A DNA stretch of 64,000 bases from Chiloscyllium plagiosum (GCF_004010195.1 NC_057758.1:7345600-7409599), one strand, 5' to 3'. Positions 24,440-38,950 are shown, numbered from the stretch's first letter. Program-made: numbers and translations. The notes: generated by a model not told the origin, from the letters alone.

Positions 24440-27410
24440 GTGCTGTTGGCAGGGCTGAGGTGATGGAAGGGGGTGCTTTATTGATGAGGGCAAGTATTCA
24501 AGCAGCAGTCAAGATGGAATAACTGAAGCATCATCCACTTAGGCTTTGTGGATAGAGTTAAGCACCAAGCAGGGGATGGTGACGTTATAATATAAGCCCT
24601 TCAAACAGTCAATTAGAAGAACAAGTATGCAGGGTGACTGGGGAGACTTGAAGGAGCAATAAGGTTGTCATTGGAGGGGCTTTTAATTTCCCCAACATAG
24701 ACGTGGATTGCCTGAGCATGAAGTGCTTGGATAGTCTGGAATTTGTTAAGTACGTTCAGGAAGGATTCCTCAAACAGTATATAGACGATCCTACTACAGC
24801 AGGGGCAAAACTCTATTAACGCTTGTGAAATAAAGCAGGGCGTGTGAATGAGGTGACAGTGGGGGCGCACTTTGTGACCAGTAATCATTAATTTTAAAAT
24901 AGTTATGGAGAAGGACAAAACTGGTCCACAGACTCAAGTTCTAAATTGAGACAAAGAATTAGTCACGAGCTTGAAGGGCTTGATTTGAATACGTTGTTTA
25001 CAGGAAAAATTACATTTGGCAAGTTGGAGGCCTTTATAATTGAGATAACTGGAATTCAAGCTCTATCTATTCCTGTGTGGGTTTGGATGACAGGAATAGG
25101 GGGAACCTTGGATAATAAGAGATGCTGAGACTTTGTGAGATAAAAAGGAGGTGTGGCTCAGGTACAGACAGCTGGGATCAAAGGAATCCCTGGAGGGATA
25201 CAGGGAATACAAGAGTTAAAAAATGTGTTGCTGGAAAAGCGCAGCAGGTCAGGCAGCATTAAAGGAGCAGGAGAATCGACGTTTCAGGCATTAGCCATTC
25301 TTCAGGAATGAGGAGGGTGTGCCAAGCACGCAAAGTAAAAGTTCGGGAGGAGGGACTTGGGGAGGGGCGTTCGGATTGCGATAGGTGGAAAGAGGTTAAG
25401 GTGAGTGTGATAGGCCAGAGAGGAGGTGGGGGCGGAGAGGTCGGGAAGAAGATTGCAGGTGAAGAAGGCGGTGCAGAGTCCGAGGGTTGGGACTTAGATA
25501 AGGTGGGGAGGGGAAATGAGGAAGCTGGAGAAATCTGCATTCATTCCTTGTGGTTGGAGGGTTCCTCGGTAGAAGAGGATACAGGAGCTTACTTCAGAAG
25601 GAAATCAGGAGGGCGAAAAGGGAGCATGAGATAGCCTTGACTGAGAGTATCAGGGTAATCCAAAGAGATACTTTAAATATGTTAAAGGTAAAATAATAGC
25701 TAGAGAGAGAATAGGGCCCCTCAAGGACCAAAGCGGGCAAGTATGTGCAGAGCCGTAGCAGAGGGGGTGAGATTCTCAATGAATATTTCTCCTCTGTGTT
25801 TACTGTGGAAAAAGACATGAAATCTTGGGAAAGTGGGGAAGTTAGTGGTGAAATCTTGGGGAGAGTCCATATCACAGTCGAGGTGGTGTTGGATGCATTA
25901 GAATGTCCGAAGGTGAAAAAATATACTGGTCGTGACCAGTTATTTCCAGGAATACTGCAAAAGTCCAGGGAACAAATTGACGGGACTCTGGCTCACAGAT
26001 TTGCACCATCTTTAGCCACAGGCAGAAGACAGGAGGATAGCCAACGTTGTCTCCATATTTAAGAAGGGATGGAAAGATAAGCCTGTTAGCTTAACATCTT
26101 TGGTGGGGCAGTTACTTGAGAAGATTCTGAGGGATAAGATATGCATGCATTTGGAAAGACAGGGTTTAATTAAAAGTATACAACATGGCTTTCTGAGTGG
26201 GAGATGAGGCCTCACAGCTTTGTTAAGTGCTGACAAGGGCAGAGAGGTAAACAAAGTCAATATGGAATTTAGTTAGGCCTTTGATAAGGCTCAAAATGGT
26301 AGGCTGCTCTGGAAGGTTAGATTGCATGGAATCCATGGTGATCTGGGGAATTTGACTTACAATTCGATTGATGGTGGTAAGCATGCTTGGCGAACTGGAG
26401 ACCAGTGACCAGTGGAGTGCCTAAGGGGTTGCTGCTAGGCCCGTTACTGTGAGTTTACTATATCGATGATTTGGCTGAGAATGTATTAGTAAGGCATGAT
26501 TAGTAAGTTTCCTGATGATGCTGAAATAGTCCGTATCATGTACAGAGAGGGAGGTGTACGGAAATTTCAGCAGGACCTTGATCAGTTGGGGAACCGTGCC
26601 AAAAATTGGCAAATGGAGTTTAATATAGATAAATGTGAGCTGTTGCATTTTGGGAAGTCAAATCAAGGTAGGAAATTCATGGTGACTGGTAGTGCCTTAA
26701 GGAGTATAGTGGAACAGAGTGACCTTGGAGTTCTGTTTCACAGTCCACTTTAAGTGGAGTTACTGGTAGACAGGTCTGTGAAGCAGGCGTTTGGCACACT
26801 GGCCTTCATCAGTCAGGGCATTCAGCTTTGAAGTTATGATGCAATTATTCAGGATATTTGTGAGGCTGTATTTGAAGGATTGTGTTCAGTTCTGGTGACC
26901 TTGTTATAGGACGGATGCTAATAAACTCGAAAGATTGAAGGCGAAATTTACAAGGATGCTGCCTTTCCTCATTGGTCTGTGTTATCGGAAGAGATTGAAC
27001 AAGCTCGACGTTTCTCGTCCTCAGTCTAGTAGACTGAGGGGGGACCTTATATATATGTATAAGATCATGAGAGGCATAGGGAGAATGCATTCAATCTTTT
27101 TCTGAGTGTTGGGGAATCGAGAATTGGAGGGCATCAGTTTAAGGTTAGAGGGAAAGAATAAAAGGGAGCACGGGGGTCAACTTTTTTACACAGAGAGTGG
27201 TGTTCGAATGGAATGAGCTGCCAGTGGAAGTGGTTGAGACAGATACATTTACACGATATAAAAGGCATTTAGACGTGGATAGGAAAGATTGGAAGGATAT
27301 GGGCCAAGTATTGGGAAATGGAGTTAACCGGGACAGCTATTTTGGTCATCATGTATCAGTTTGGGGCAAAGGGCCTATCTCCGTGCTGTAGGACTCTATG
27401 ACTCTGTGAC
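24440..27410 (+). mobile_element. CR1 LINE ORF2 (endonuclease to RT to 3' tail), decayed, interrupted by a Penelope end
   Basis: FNFPNID-like endonuclease motif, EILNEYFSSVFTVE, ISKFPDDAEI, WQMEFNIDKCELLHFG, and a 3' tail gactctatgactct. Confidence 0.88.
25220..25570 (-). mobile_element. Penelope-like element 3' end/pLTR fragment
   Basis: Reverse complement of the 35650-35993 terminus (aaaaatgtgttgctggaaaagcgcagcagg). Confidence 0.85.
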
Positions 27411-28709
27411 TGAGCGTCAGTAGCTGAGATTACCTCCTGGACCCATCATCCAGAAGGGAGTGAAGAACCTCTGTATGAATTTCAGATCTGGGGCCAGTGT
27501 GTGAGTGTATGTCAGGTGAGAAGGGAAGGGAGGGACAGGCGATGCAGTCTGGATTCAACTCCTGTGCTGCTGCTTTCTATTCCACTAGCTCACACCACCT
27601 ACCCTTCCAATGCATGCATTCGTCAGATCCATTTGAAAGAATAGCAATTTACGCAGTAAGCTGACATTCATTCTGCAGGGACAGATGGAGATGGGCACCT
27701 CCTGCTGGCCTTGCCAGTGACACTCCCATTCAAATATTGTCAAAAAGCTTTCTTCGGGTACACTGCCTGTGTCAACCAAAAACAAATTCATCCCAGTGTG
27801 GGCTTCGTCATTTGAATATGTGTTTCATCTGGTCAACGTTGAAAACCCCACCACACTCGGTTATAGTCCAACAGGGTTATTGGGAAGCACTAGTTTTCCC
27901 AGCGCTGTTCCTTCATCAGGTCGCTTATTCGGTCATCACTTTCTGAACCTGACCAGCTTCTGCTGCCTCACTGTATATGGAAGATTCTCACTGAATAATC
28001 CTGGCCTCCTTTGGCCCGTGGAAACACAAATCCTGCCATCTTTGTCAGAACAATCAACGTAGAGTCATAGGCTTTCCAGCATGGTAACAGACCCTTCGGT
28101 CCAACCCGTCCATGCCGACCAGAGATCCCAACTCAATCTAGTCCCACCAGCCAACACCCGGCCCATATCCCACCAAACCCTTGCTATTCATTTGAAACTT
28201 TCAGCAAATACTTGCATTGCACCACAGGTCACTTTGTTAAAAAAATACTTTATTGTGCAAATGGGAAGCGAAACAAATCACCCTTATTTAACACAATCCT
28301 AATATCTCTTTGACGGTTTGAATTGAATTTCACTTTAACTGCCCAAGATGTTTATCTCGTGAACTCCTGAAGGGCCATTCACTTTCTGAAGGGATCAACC
28401 CAAACGTATGTCATAGCCCACTGGAATTTACACCGATTCCTCCCCAGTTTCTCATTCTTATGATTTCGAGTGCGCTCTGTCTGAAAATGTCCCAGCGTCT
28501 GTGTTGTCACAGCTTCCTGTCAAAAGACCTGCAACTGGTTCATTATTGACTCCCTCCTTCCTTGGTGATGTTATTCCCATGCCCTTTTACATTAAAGGGG
28601 CAAGTTTGCTATCTCGATTTTTTGTTATTTTCCTAATCCTAATTCAGAAGAAGAACTATTCACCTCTCAATAACGTCAACAGTTTTCTCAATTATAGAAT
28701 TTATTTTCT

Positions 28710-29625
28710 TTCCCGACTCTTCCCCAGGGCAGGGTTAACTGGCACGAGGGGTCATAGCTTTAAGATATTAGGAGAAATATATCGATGGGACATCAAAGGT
28801 TGGTTCTTTACTCAGAGAGCTGTGAGCGCATAGAATACTTTGCCAGTGGTGGTGGTGGAAGCAGTGCCATTAGGGAGATTTAAGTGACTGCTTAAATTGC
28901 AGTGAATTGAGGGGTGCACATGTTATTTTATTTTACATTAGGATTGATCCTCGGCACAACATCGTGGGCCAAAGGGCCCGTTCGGTGCTATACTTTTCTG
29001 TGTTCATATGTTCTACCACTTTAAATCTTCCACATCAGGCTGAGGTTTAAAATCTTTTCTACCTTCCCCCACTCTCCGCTCTGACCTATCACCTCCACAC
29101 CCACTCCCATTCACCTATTGTACTCTTTGCTACCTTTCCCCACCCTCCCCTCTGACCTATCGCCTCCATCCCCAAGCACATTCACCGATTCTACCCTTGC
29201 TACCCTTCGAGCCAGAACCAGCATCCATTATGATCATGCCTGATCATCCTCAATCAGTATTCTATTCCTGCCTTATCCCCATAATCCTTGATTCCACTAT
29301 CCTTAAGAGCTCTATCCAACTCTTTCTTGAAAGTATCCAGAGACTGGGCCTCCATAGCCTTCCGGGGCAGAACATTCCACACGCCCACCACTCTCTGGGT
29401 GAAAAAGTGTCTTCTCTACTCTGTCCTAAATGGCCTTCCCCTTTTTATTAAACTGTGTCCTTTGGTTCGGGACTCACCCATCAGCGGAAAGATACTTCCT
29501 GTCTCCAGAGTGTCCAATCCTTTAATAATCTTGTACGTTTCAATCAGATCCCCTCGCAACCTTCTGAACTCAAGGGTATTCAAGCCCAGTTGCTCCAATC
29601 TTTCAATGTAAGATAGTCCCGTCAA
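28710..29625. mobile_element. Cluster of short CR1 3' ends (+ strand 28710-29010; - strand 29220-29625) with an intervening Penelope-like pyrimidine tract
   Basis: TRGHSFKI...FFTQRAV on +; LEFRRLRGDLIETYKII on -. Confidence 0.75.
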
Positions 29626-32175
29626 GAATGTTACTTGTTTTTTTTGTCAACCCAAGCCCTGCACATTATCCAAATCTTGCTGCATTTGCGAATGAAATCC
29701 TTTCGTATCTGATTATTTGTGCTGTCTTCAGTAAACATTTCCATCCCTGGACCGTTAGTGGAGGGAAGCTCATTGATGAAACAATTGAAAATGTTTGGGT
29801 CTGGAACAGATTCTCACAGACATCCAGCTATATGTTAAGAAGCTGAGAAAACCAACTTCCAAACACGACAACCAACATCCTATTTACGAGGTAACCCTCA
29901 GCCCAGTGAAGAGGCGTCCCTCTAAATAATATCTGAAATGGAACAGGAATACGCCATCCACTCCCTCAAGCCTGCTATACCATTCAATCGGATCACCTCT
30001 GATCCAGTATTGTTCACATCCACGTTTCTACTCTTTCCTCTTTACCCTTGATTCAGTCACAGAACAAGAACTAACTCTTTCAGCGTGTAATAATCACAAA
30101 GGCTCTGTCCCCACACCTCTGTTTGTCACGCTGATACAAAGACTCTCAACTCTCTGAGAGAATAAACTCTTGCTCAACTCAGCCTGAAATTATTGCTTCT
30201 TTATTCTGCGTTTTACCCTCTTGTCCTAAATTCTCCTCTTGACGGGATACATCGTTCACCCATTTACTCTGTCCAGCCATTTACGATTCCGAGCTTTCTT
30301 TCATCCTGAAGACACGCAAGTTACTTTGGACTACGGTTTTCTGGAGTTGTGTCGATTTAAGTATTATTCTGTTCTTTAGTTCTCACTTCCAAAATGTGCA
30401 AGTTATCATTTTCTCACATTATACTCCATTGACGTCTGTATTATTCGGCTCCTCTGATGTCACATTACAACAGAAGTGACCGTCTAATGGAGGGCATTTA
30501 CTCTTACTTCAACTCTTTTTCTGTGTTTAGACCGACGTTGCAATGACGTCAGGAGCTGCGTGAGTCTTGAAGAACGCAACCTGAACTGTCTTGTGTCTAA
30601 TGCTGAGGAAGTGCGGCCTGATTACTCTATCACGTCCACTACCATCATTTTGCCAATGATCAAGATTTAACGAACAAGACAGAGCAGGACAAATATCCAA
30701 CTTGTCGAATAGATGTTAATGGTGTAACTCGACTGAAGCAGCTTGACTAGAAGACACGGAAAATATGGAGCACACTGAATCACTTGTGTTGGTGGATCGT
30801 AGCCTGCATCCTTTGCAGTATCCATTACCACCTGCTGTTTCTCAATAAGCACTTTTGGGGAAGATAGAGATTGACCAACCCCTCAACAGTTCTGGCTGAA
30901 GGTTGTTACAATTGCTTCAAACTTGTCCTTTGTACCATTCGATTACCTTCTCCCATCAATGGAAATGGCGATACTTGTGCAACAATTGGTGCCAATGTTG
31001 AAATGTTCTTCATTTTTAATACTGCCTATTATATATCTGCTTTGCTCACTTCGCTCTGTCTATCTGGCGTTGCGTATAATTAATTCCTGATTCAACGTCT
31101 TAATATTCCCATGCATCAACTGTCCGTGGCCCCTCGTTATTCGTCATCCTGTGTTTGGAACGTGCTTTCTCCATAGACGTTATGAATATGTGCTGAACAT
31201 CTTCTACATGTTGCACGTTGCTGCGGATGTGTATTGGAGGTGGAGTGAATATGTGTTTATTTCTAACTATTAAGAGATCTGCTTTACTGTAGATGGTGTC
31301 ACGCTTCTTAAGAGTTGTTGGAGCTGTACAAATTTAGGCAAGTCGAAAGTATTCCATCATACTCCTGACTTGGGGATGATAGGCCTGAGCGAATCGGGAG
31401 ATGAGCAACATGCTTGGTCTCTGCCCCTGAACCATCGAATTTCTTTGCTGAGTCCATTTCAATTTCTCGACAATGGTAATCCCCAAAATGTTGTTAGTAG
31501 CCGATTCAGTGATGTCGATGTTGTTCAAATGTCAAGGTGTCAGATTCTCTTTGATTGCAGGTGACGATTGTTGGCACCTTCTGGCGCAGATACTACCTGC
31601 CACTTTTCAGCACAAGCCTACTTGTTGTCCAAATCTTACTGCATTTGTATATTGAGCTCCTAGCTCAGCAAACCTTCCGGGTTCATTTACCCTCAGCGAT
31701 TCCAAATGAGCGATTCCATCTTTACAAATCCCCAACCACCCTCTGAGAAGCGCCGATGTCAATTAAACAAAACAACCGTCGAACGTGACCATCTCCATGC
31801 AAACGTAGCATGCTATTGGAGAAAATGAAATGCAGAGGAAGCTCGATTATCTGAAGACACGGGTGAGGAGAATTTTGTTCAGTTCATTGAATGCCGGAGA
31901 ACAGTTTAGTCAAGCATTGCGACCATGCAATCTTACCGGATAGTCCCATATTCGGATAATGGAATGCCGGATAATTGAGGTTCCCATTTCAGACTAAACA
32001 ACTTCTACCTTCCAAACCTTTCTTCCTTCTCTGCTTCACTGGAAGCAAAGGTGAGGGTGGCCAGTCCAGCAGAAAGAAACCCTCTGGCTGTCCACTTCAC
32101 CCACTGGCAGGATCAACAAAATTCAGTCCTGAACATGATGAGCAGCAGCACCTAAAGGAGAACACACTCCTGCAG

Positions 32176-33249
32176 TCACTGGTGATCTCGCTGGTGTTCC
32201 TGCAGGCTGGATACTCGAGTGTATCACTTCCCGCACTGAGAGTAGGTGAGTGGCCTCTCGCCGGTGTGAAACCGCTGGTGTCTCTGCAGGTTGGATAATT
32301 GAGTGTTACTTCCCTCACCGAGAGCAGGTAAACGGCCTCTCTGTGGTGTGAAGTCGCTGGTGTCAGTCCAGATGGGATAATTGAGTGTATCCCTTCAAGC
32401 ACTGAAAGCAGGTGAACGCCCTCTCCCTGGTGTGAATCCGCTGGTTTGTCTGCAGGTTGGATAATCGAGGTAACTTCTTTCTGCACAGAGAGCAGCTGAA
32501 CGGCCTCTCCCCGTGTGAACTCGCTGGTGTGTCTTCAGATGGGATAATTAAGTGAATTCCTTCCCACTCTGAGAGAAGGTGGGTGGCCTCTTCCTGGTGT
32601 CAACACGCTGATGTCTCTGCAGGCTGGATAATTGAATGAATCCCTTCCCACATTGACAGCAGATGAACGCCCTTTTTCCGGTGTGAATCCGTTCATGTCG
32701 TAGTATGGCGTACACATCCGAGAATCTGTTCCCACAGTGAGGCAGGGAAAAGGCCCCTCGCCAGTGTGAAGCCGTTGGTGAATAAACAAGCTCGATTACT
32801 GAGCGAATCCTTTCCCACACTGAGAGTAAGTGAACAGTCTCTCGCCAGTGTTCATCCGGTGGCGAATAACCAAGCCAGACGGCTGATCAAATCCTTTCCC
32901 ACACTCAGAGCAACACTACGACCTCTCCTCAGTGTCAACTCGCTTGTGACTCCGCACGTTAGCTGAACTTGTGAATTCCATCCCACAATCAGAGCAGGGG
33001 AATACGCTCTTGCTTGTGCGCCAACGGTGTGGATGTATCAGTGAGTCTCTTCCCACGGTCAGAGGTGCATAGCCTCTGCACAGCGTGAAATTTCTGGTGT
33101 GACAGCAGATTGGAGATAGCACAGAATCCTATCTCACTCACAAAACAGGTGAATGGCCTCTCCACCGTGTGACTGCGCTCATGAATCTCAAGAGCAGATG
33201 ATTAATAGAATCCCTTCCCACAGATCTCACATTTCCAGGGTTTATCCAT
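32176..33249 (-). pseudogene. Tandem C2H2 zinc-finger gene (~12-13 fingers), pseudogene
   Basis: Starts MDKPWKCEICGKGFY*. An 84-bp periodicity with HTGE(R/K)PF linkers, e.g. HERIHTGKRAFICCQCGKGFIQLSSLQRHQR. Multiple stops, frameshifts and lost Cys/His residues. Confidence 0.9.
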
Positions 33250-33370
33250 GCAGAAACTGTTCGTATTCCTCTCCAGGCTTAACAATCAGTGGAAGCCTCA
33301 TCCAAACATAGAACATGTGAATATTCTCTCTCGGCTGTGAATTGTGCAATTTTCATCTAAGGCTGTTTTC

Positions 33371-35993
33371 AACTTGTCCACCCCTCTCACCTACTCCAAC
33401 CTCTCACGCTCACAACTTGCAGCCCTCCACTCCCTCTGCTCCAACCCCAACCTCACTATCAAACCGGCAAACAAGGGAGGCGTAGTGGTAGTTTGGCACA
33501 CTCATCTTTACATTGCTGAGGGTAAACGCCAGCTCGCGGATATCTCCTGCTACTGCCCCTTGACCATGACCCCACCTCCCAACAACAAACCATCTCCCAG
33601 ACAATCCATAACCTCATCACCCCATGGGATCTCCCATCCACCGCCTCCAACCTCATAGCCCCACAACCCCGCACCGCCCGTTTCTACCTCCTGTCCAAAA
33701 TCCACAAACCTGACTGCCCCGGCCGACCATTGTCTCAGCCTGCTGCTGCCCCCACCTACGTTCGGGACACCACACACGCCCTTCACCTACTCCATGATTT
33801 TTGCCTCCCTGGCCACCAACGCCTTATCTTCACCATGGACATCCAGTTCCTAGACACCTCCATCCCCCATAACGAAGGCCTCAAAGCCCTCCGCTTCTTC
33901 CTTTCCCGCCGACCCAACCAGTACCCTTCCACTAACACCTTGCTTCGACTAACCGAATTGGTCTTCACGCTGAGCAACTTCTCTTTCTAATCCTCCCACT
34001 TCCTCCAAACCAAAGGAGTAGCCATGGACACCCGCATGGGCCCCAGCTATGCCTGCCTCTTCGTCGGATATGTGGAACAGTTCATCTTCCGCAACTACAC
34101 TCGCACCAAACCCCACCTTTCCTCTGCTACATTGATGACTGTATCGGCGCTACCTCGTGCTCCCACCAGGAGGTTGATCAATTCATCCACTTTACTAACA
34201 CCTTCCACCCCGCCCTCAAATTTACCTGGAACGTCTCAGGCTCCTCCCTCCACTTCCTAGACCTCGCTGCTGCCCCCACCTACGTTCGGGACACCACACA
34301 CGCCCTTCACCTACTCCATGATTTTTGCCTCCCCGGCCACCAACGCCTTATCTTCACCATGGACATCCAGTTCCTAGACACCTCTATCCCCCATAACGAA
34401 GGCCTCAAAGCCCTCCGCTTCTTCCTTTCCCGCTGACCCAACCAGTACCCTTCCACTAACACCTTGCTTCGACTAACCGAATTGGTCTTCACGCTGAACA
34501 ACTTCTCTTTCTAATCCCCCCACTTCCTCCAAACCAAAGGAGTAGCCATGGGCACCCGCATGGGCCCCAGCTATGCCTGCCTCTTCGTCGGATATGTGGA
34601 ACAGTTCATCTTCCGCAGCTACACTCGCACCAAACCCCACCTTTTCCCCTGCTACATTGATGACTGTATCGGCGCTACCTCGTGCTCCCACCAGGAGGTT
34701 GATCAATTCATCCACTTTACTAACACCTTCCATCCCGCCCTCAAATTTATCTGGAACGTCTCAGGCTCCTCCCTCCACTTCCTAGATCTCTCCATTTCTA
34801 TCTCGGGCAACAAACACAACACGGACATTTGCTACTAATCAACCGACTCCCACAACTTCCTAGATTACACCTCCTCCCACCCTGCCCCCTGAAAAGACGC
34901 CATCCCACATTCCCAATTCCTCCCAGGAGGACCAACTCCAATACTGAACAACACAGATGACCTCCTACTTCACAGACCACAATTTCCCCTCAGACGTGGT
35001 TGACGATGCTCTCCAACTCATCTCCTCCACTTCCCGCTCCTCCGCCCTTAAACACCGCCCCTCCAATCGCCACCTGTACGGAACCCCACTGGTCCTCATC
35101 TACCACCTACCAACCTCCAGAAACATGGTACCATCCTTTGACATTTCCGCCACCTCCAGACAGACCCCACCACCAAGCATATCTTTCCCTCTCCTCCCCT
35201 CTCAGCGTTCCGGATGGACCACTCCCTCCACGACCCCCTCGACAGGTTCTCCCCCCACCATTCCAACCTCCACTCCCGGCACCTTCCCCTGCAACCGCAA
35301 GAAATACAAAAATTGCCTCCACACCTCCCCCTCACTTCCCTCCAAGGCCACAAGGGATCCTTTCATATCCGTCACAACTTCACCTGCACCTCCACACGCA
35401 TCATTTACTGCATCCGGTGCACCCGATGTGGCCTCCTCTATATTGGGGAGACAGGCCGCCTACTTGTGGAACGTTTCAGGGAACACCTATGGGATCCCCG
35501 CACTAATCAACCCAACCGCTCCGTGGCGGAACACTTTAACAACCCCTCCCACTCCGCCAAGGTCATGCTGGTCCTTGGCCTCCTCAATCGCCAGTCCATG
35601 GCAACACGACGCCTGGAGGAAGAGCGCCTCATCTTCCACCTTTGAAACCTCCAACCACAAGGGATGAATTCAGATATCTCCAGCTTCCTCATTTCCTCTC
35701 CTCTCCAACTTATCTCAGTCCCAATCCTCGGACTCAGCACTGCCTTCTTGACCTGCAACCTTCTTCCAGACCTCTCCGCCCCCACCCCCTCTCCGGCCTA
35801 TCACCCTCACATTAACCTCCTTCCACCTACCGCATTCCCAACGCCCCTCCCCCAAGTCCCTGCTCCCTACCTTTTACCTTAGCCTGCTTGGCACACCTTC
35901 CTCATTCCTAGGGAAGGGATTCTGCCCGAAACGTCGATTCTCCTGCTCCTTCGATGCTGCCTGACCTGTTGCGCTTTTCCAGCAACACATTTT
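33371..35993 (+). mobile_element. Penelope-like retroelement (RT plus GIY-YIG), 5'-truncated, with an internal ~524-bp duplication
   Basis: IKPANKGG, FTMDIQ, MGTRMGPSYACLF, YIDD, IYCIRCTRCGLLYIGET, VAEHFN. TSD taaggctgttttc at 33358-33370 and 35994-36006. Confidence 0.93.
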
Positions 35994-36006
35994 TAAGGCT
36001 GTTTTC

Positions 36007-36250
36007 GGCTTTACCCACTGTCGGTGCACTCAAACACTCACACTGGGCGTGTATATATCGTAATGCTTTGTTTAAAATTCTTTGAAGCAGACAGAACAGA
36101 GAAACATTTCTCCCTCCACGGTGAAAGTTCCATGATTTTCAGATCCTGACAAATCAAGTGATTTCAGATCTTGACATGATGTTAATTTCAGATTTCTTTC
36201 TTCAAGTCAACTTCTCAGTGCAAGATAAAGCTTCAAAAGAAAATATTTGC
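36007..36250 (-). pseudogene. Upstream part of the zinc-finger gene's last exon, separated by the Penelope insertion
   Basis: Continues the finger-like sequence across the TSD (gagtgcaccgacagtgggtaaagc; gaaatgtttctctgttctgtctgc on -). Confidence 0.65.
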
Positions 36251-36329
36251 AAGGTGATGCACATTCGTGCGGATTGGTAGATTTCTATTTACTGTTAGTG
36301 CATAGGGATGGGCGGAACGTCGCCCTTTT

Positions 36330-38950
36330 TACCGCATGGTCGAATGCTTCTTATGGAGTCGTTCAGATGTCCAACATGAAAACAAATCTTTCTGGCCAGC
36401 TCGTCAATGCTGACCAGATAATTCAAACGAATTGACTCCCATTTGCCTGCACCTTGCCCATATACCTGTAAATCCTTCCTATTCATGTCCCATCCAAATG
36501 TCTTTTAAATGCTGCAACTGTGCCAGGTTCCACCACTTCCTCTCGCAGCTCATTCCATATGCACAGCACCGTCTGTGTGAAAACGTTGCCCCTTAGGTCC
36601 CATCTATACCTTTCCCCTCGCAGCCGAAACCTATGCCCTCTAGTTCTGCAATCCCCCACCCCACCCCTTGTCTATTTATCTTATCCATGCCCCGTGTAAT
36701 TTTATAAACCATTCCAAGTTCGCCCCTCAGCCTCCGAAGCTCCAGGAAAAAAAGCCGTAGTCTCTTCACCCTCTCCCTATCGCTCTAAACCTCCAACCTT
36801 GGCACATCCTTGTAAATCGTTCCTGAACCCTTTCAGGTTTCACAGCATGTTTCTGATAGGAAGGTGACAAAAATTGCATGCAATATTCTAAACTTGGCAT
36901 AACCAATATCCTGTAGAGTCGCATCGTGACCTCCCAACTCCAATACTCAATGCTTTGACCAATAAAGCAAAGCCCTTTCACTGTTCTGTCTACCTGCGGC
37001 TCTACTTTGTAGGAGCTACGAACCTGCAAACTTACGAATTATACGTCCCATGTTCACATCCAAATCATTCATATAAATAATGAAAAGTAGTGGACCCTGC
37101 ACTGATCTTTGCGTCGCTCCACTGGTCACGAGGCCTCCTGCCTGTAAAACAACCCTCCACCACCGCCCTCTTCGAACCAGTTCTTTATCGAAATGCCTAG
37201 TCCTCCCTGTTTTCCATGAGATCTAACCTTGCTAACCAATCTCCCATGGGGAACCTTTTCGAACGCCTTCCTGAAGTCCATACAGATCACATCTACTGCA
37301 CTGCCCACATCAATCCTCTTTGTTATTTCTTCAAAAACCTTAATTATGTTTGTGAGACATGATTTCCCACGCACAAAGCCATGCTGACTATCCATAATCA
37401 GTCCTTGCTTTTTAAATAAATGTAAATTCGGTGCCCTCCACCGATGCCAAGCTCACTGGTCTAAGGTTCCCTGGTTTTTCCTTACCACCTTGCTTAAAAC
37501 GTGGCACCATATTAGTCAACCTCTGGTCTGCCGGCACCTTACCTGTGACTATCTATGATACAAATATCTCAGCAAGGGACCGAACAATCACTTCCCTAGC
37601 TTCCCAGATATCTAGGGTACACCCTGGGGATTCTTGGGGATTTATCCACCTTTCTGCATTTCAAGTCAATAAATACCTCCTCCTCTATAATATGAACATT
37701 TTTCAAGATGTCACCATCTACTTCTCCACATTCTATATCTTCCATGTCTTTCTCCACAGGAAACACTGGTACAAAATACGTAGTGAATATCTTCCCAATC
37801 TCCTGCGGCTCCAAACGAAGACTGTCTTGCTGATCTTTGAAGGGCACTATTCTGTCTATAGTTACCCTTTTATCCTTAATGTATTTATAACAACCCTCTG
37901 GATTCTCCTTAAGCCTAATTGCCAAAGCTATTTCTCTAGCCATCCAGCATTCCCTGGACCTACCTGCTTTTCCTTTCACCCTAATAGGAATATACTCCCT
38001 CTCGGTATCTCATTTCTGAAAGCTTCGCATTTTCCAGCTGTCCCTTTACCTGCGAACATCTGCCCCCCTCCCCACCGCACCACACCCAAATTGGTTTTTG
38101 AAAGTTTTTGCCTAACACCCTCAAAATTGGCCTTCCTCCAATCTAGGCCTTCAGCTTTCAACCTTTTCCATAACTATTTTAAAACTAATAGAATTATGGT
38201 CGTTGGCCTCAAAGTGCAGCCCCAATGACACCTCAGTCACCTGTTCTACCTTATTTCTCAAGAGTGGGTCAGGTTTTGCACATTCTCTAGTAGGAACAGC
38301 CACACACTGAATCAGAAAGTTTTCTTGCACGCTCTTTCCACATTCCTCTCTTTCAGAACCCTTCACACTATGGCAGTCCCAGTCTATGTTTGTAAATTTA
38401 AAAGTCCCTACCATAACCACACTATTATTCTCAGAGATTATTGAAAATTCTTTACAAATTTGTTTTTCAATTTCCCACTGACTATTAGCGGGTCTATGTT
38501 TCAATCCCAATAAGGCGATCATCACTTTCATATTTCCCAGTTCCATCTAAATAATGTCACTGGATGTATTCCCAGGAGGATCCTAAGTACAGTAAGTAAC
38601 GCTATCCCTTATAAACATTGCTATACCTTCCCGCCTCCCCCCCTCATCTTGACCCCATTTCCAGCCATCCTAAAGCATTTTGTAGCCTGGAACATTAAGC
38701 TGCCAGTCCTATACATCCCCGAGTCACGTTTCTGTAATGAATATGCTATCCCAGTGCTATGTTCCTCATCATGTGCTAATTTCATCTGCCTTCCCTTTTA
38801 GGCCTCTTGCATTGAAGTAATTGCAGTTTAAGTTATCAGTCCAGTCTTGTTCTCTGCTTGGTTCCTTCCTGCCCTGAAATTTTGACTTGCTTCATTTCCC
38901 AACCAGACAAGTCTTAGACTGATCTCTTTCCTCACTATCGCCCTGGGTTC
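36330..38950 (-). mobile_element. CR1 LINE ORF2 (endonuclease plus RT, with deletions)
   Basis: VVMVGTFKFTNIDW, NDHNSISF, SQHGFVRGKSCLTN, MDFRKAFEKVPH, MRLYRILVMPSLEYC. Confidence 0.9.

Noticed and set aside
30520..30650. CRE (tgacgtca, 30544) and ETS-like ggaagt cluster
   Set aside because: No CpG island or adjacent first exon, and it lies downstream of the zinc-finger pseudogene. Short motifs alone are insufficient.
37431..38228. 265-aa plus-strand ORF
   Set aside because: It is antisense to decayed CR1 ORF2.
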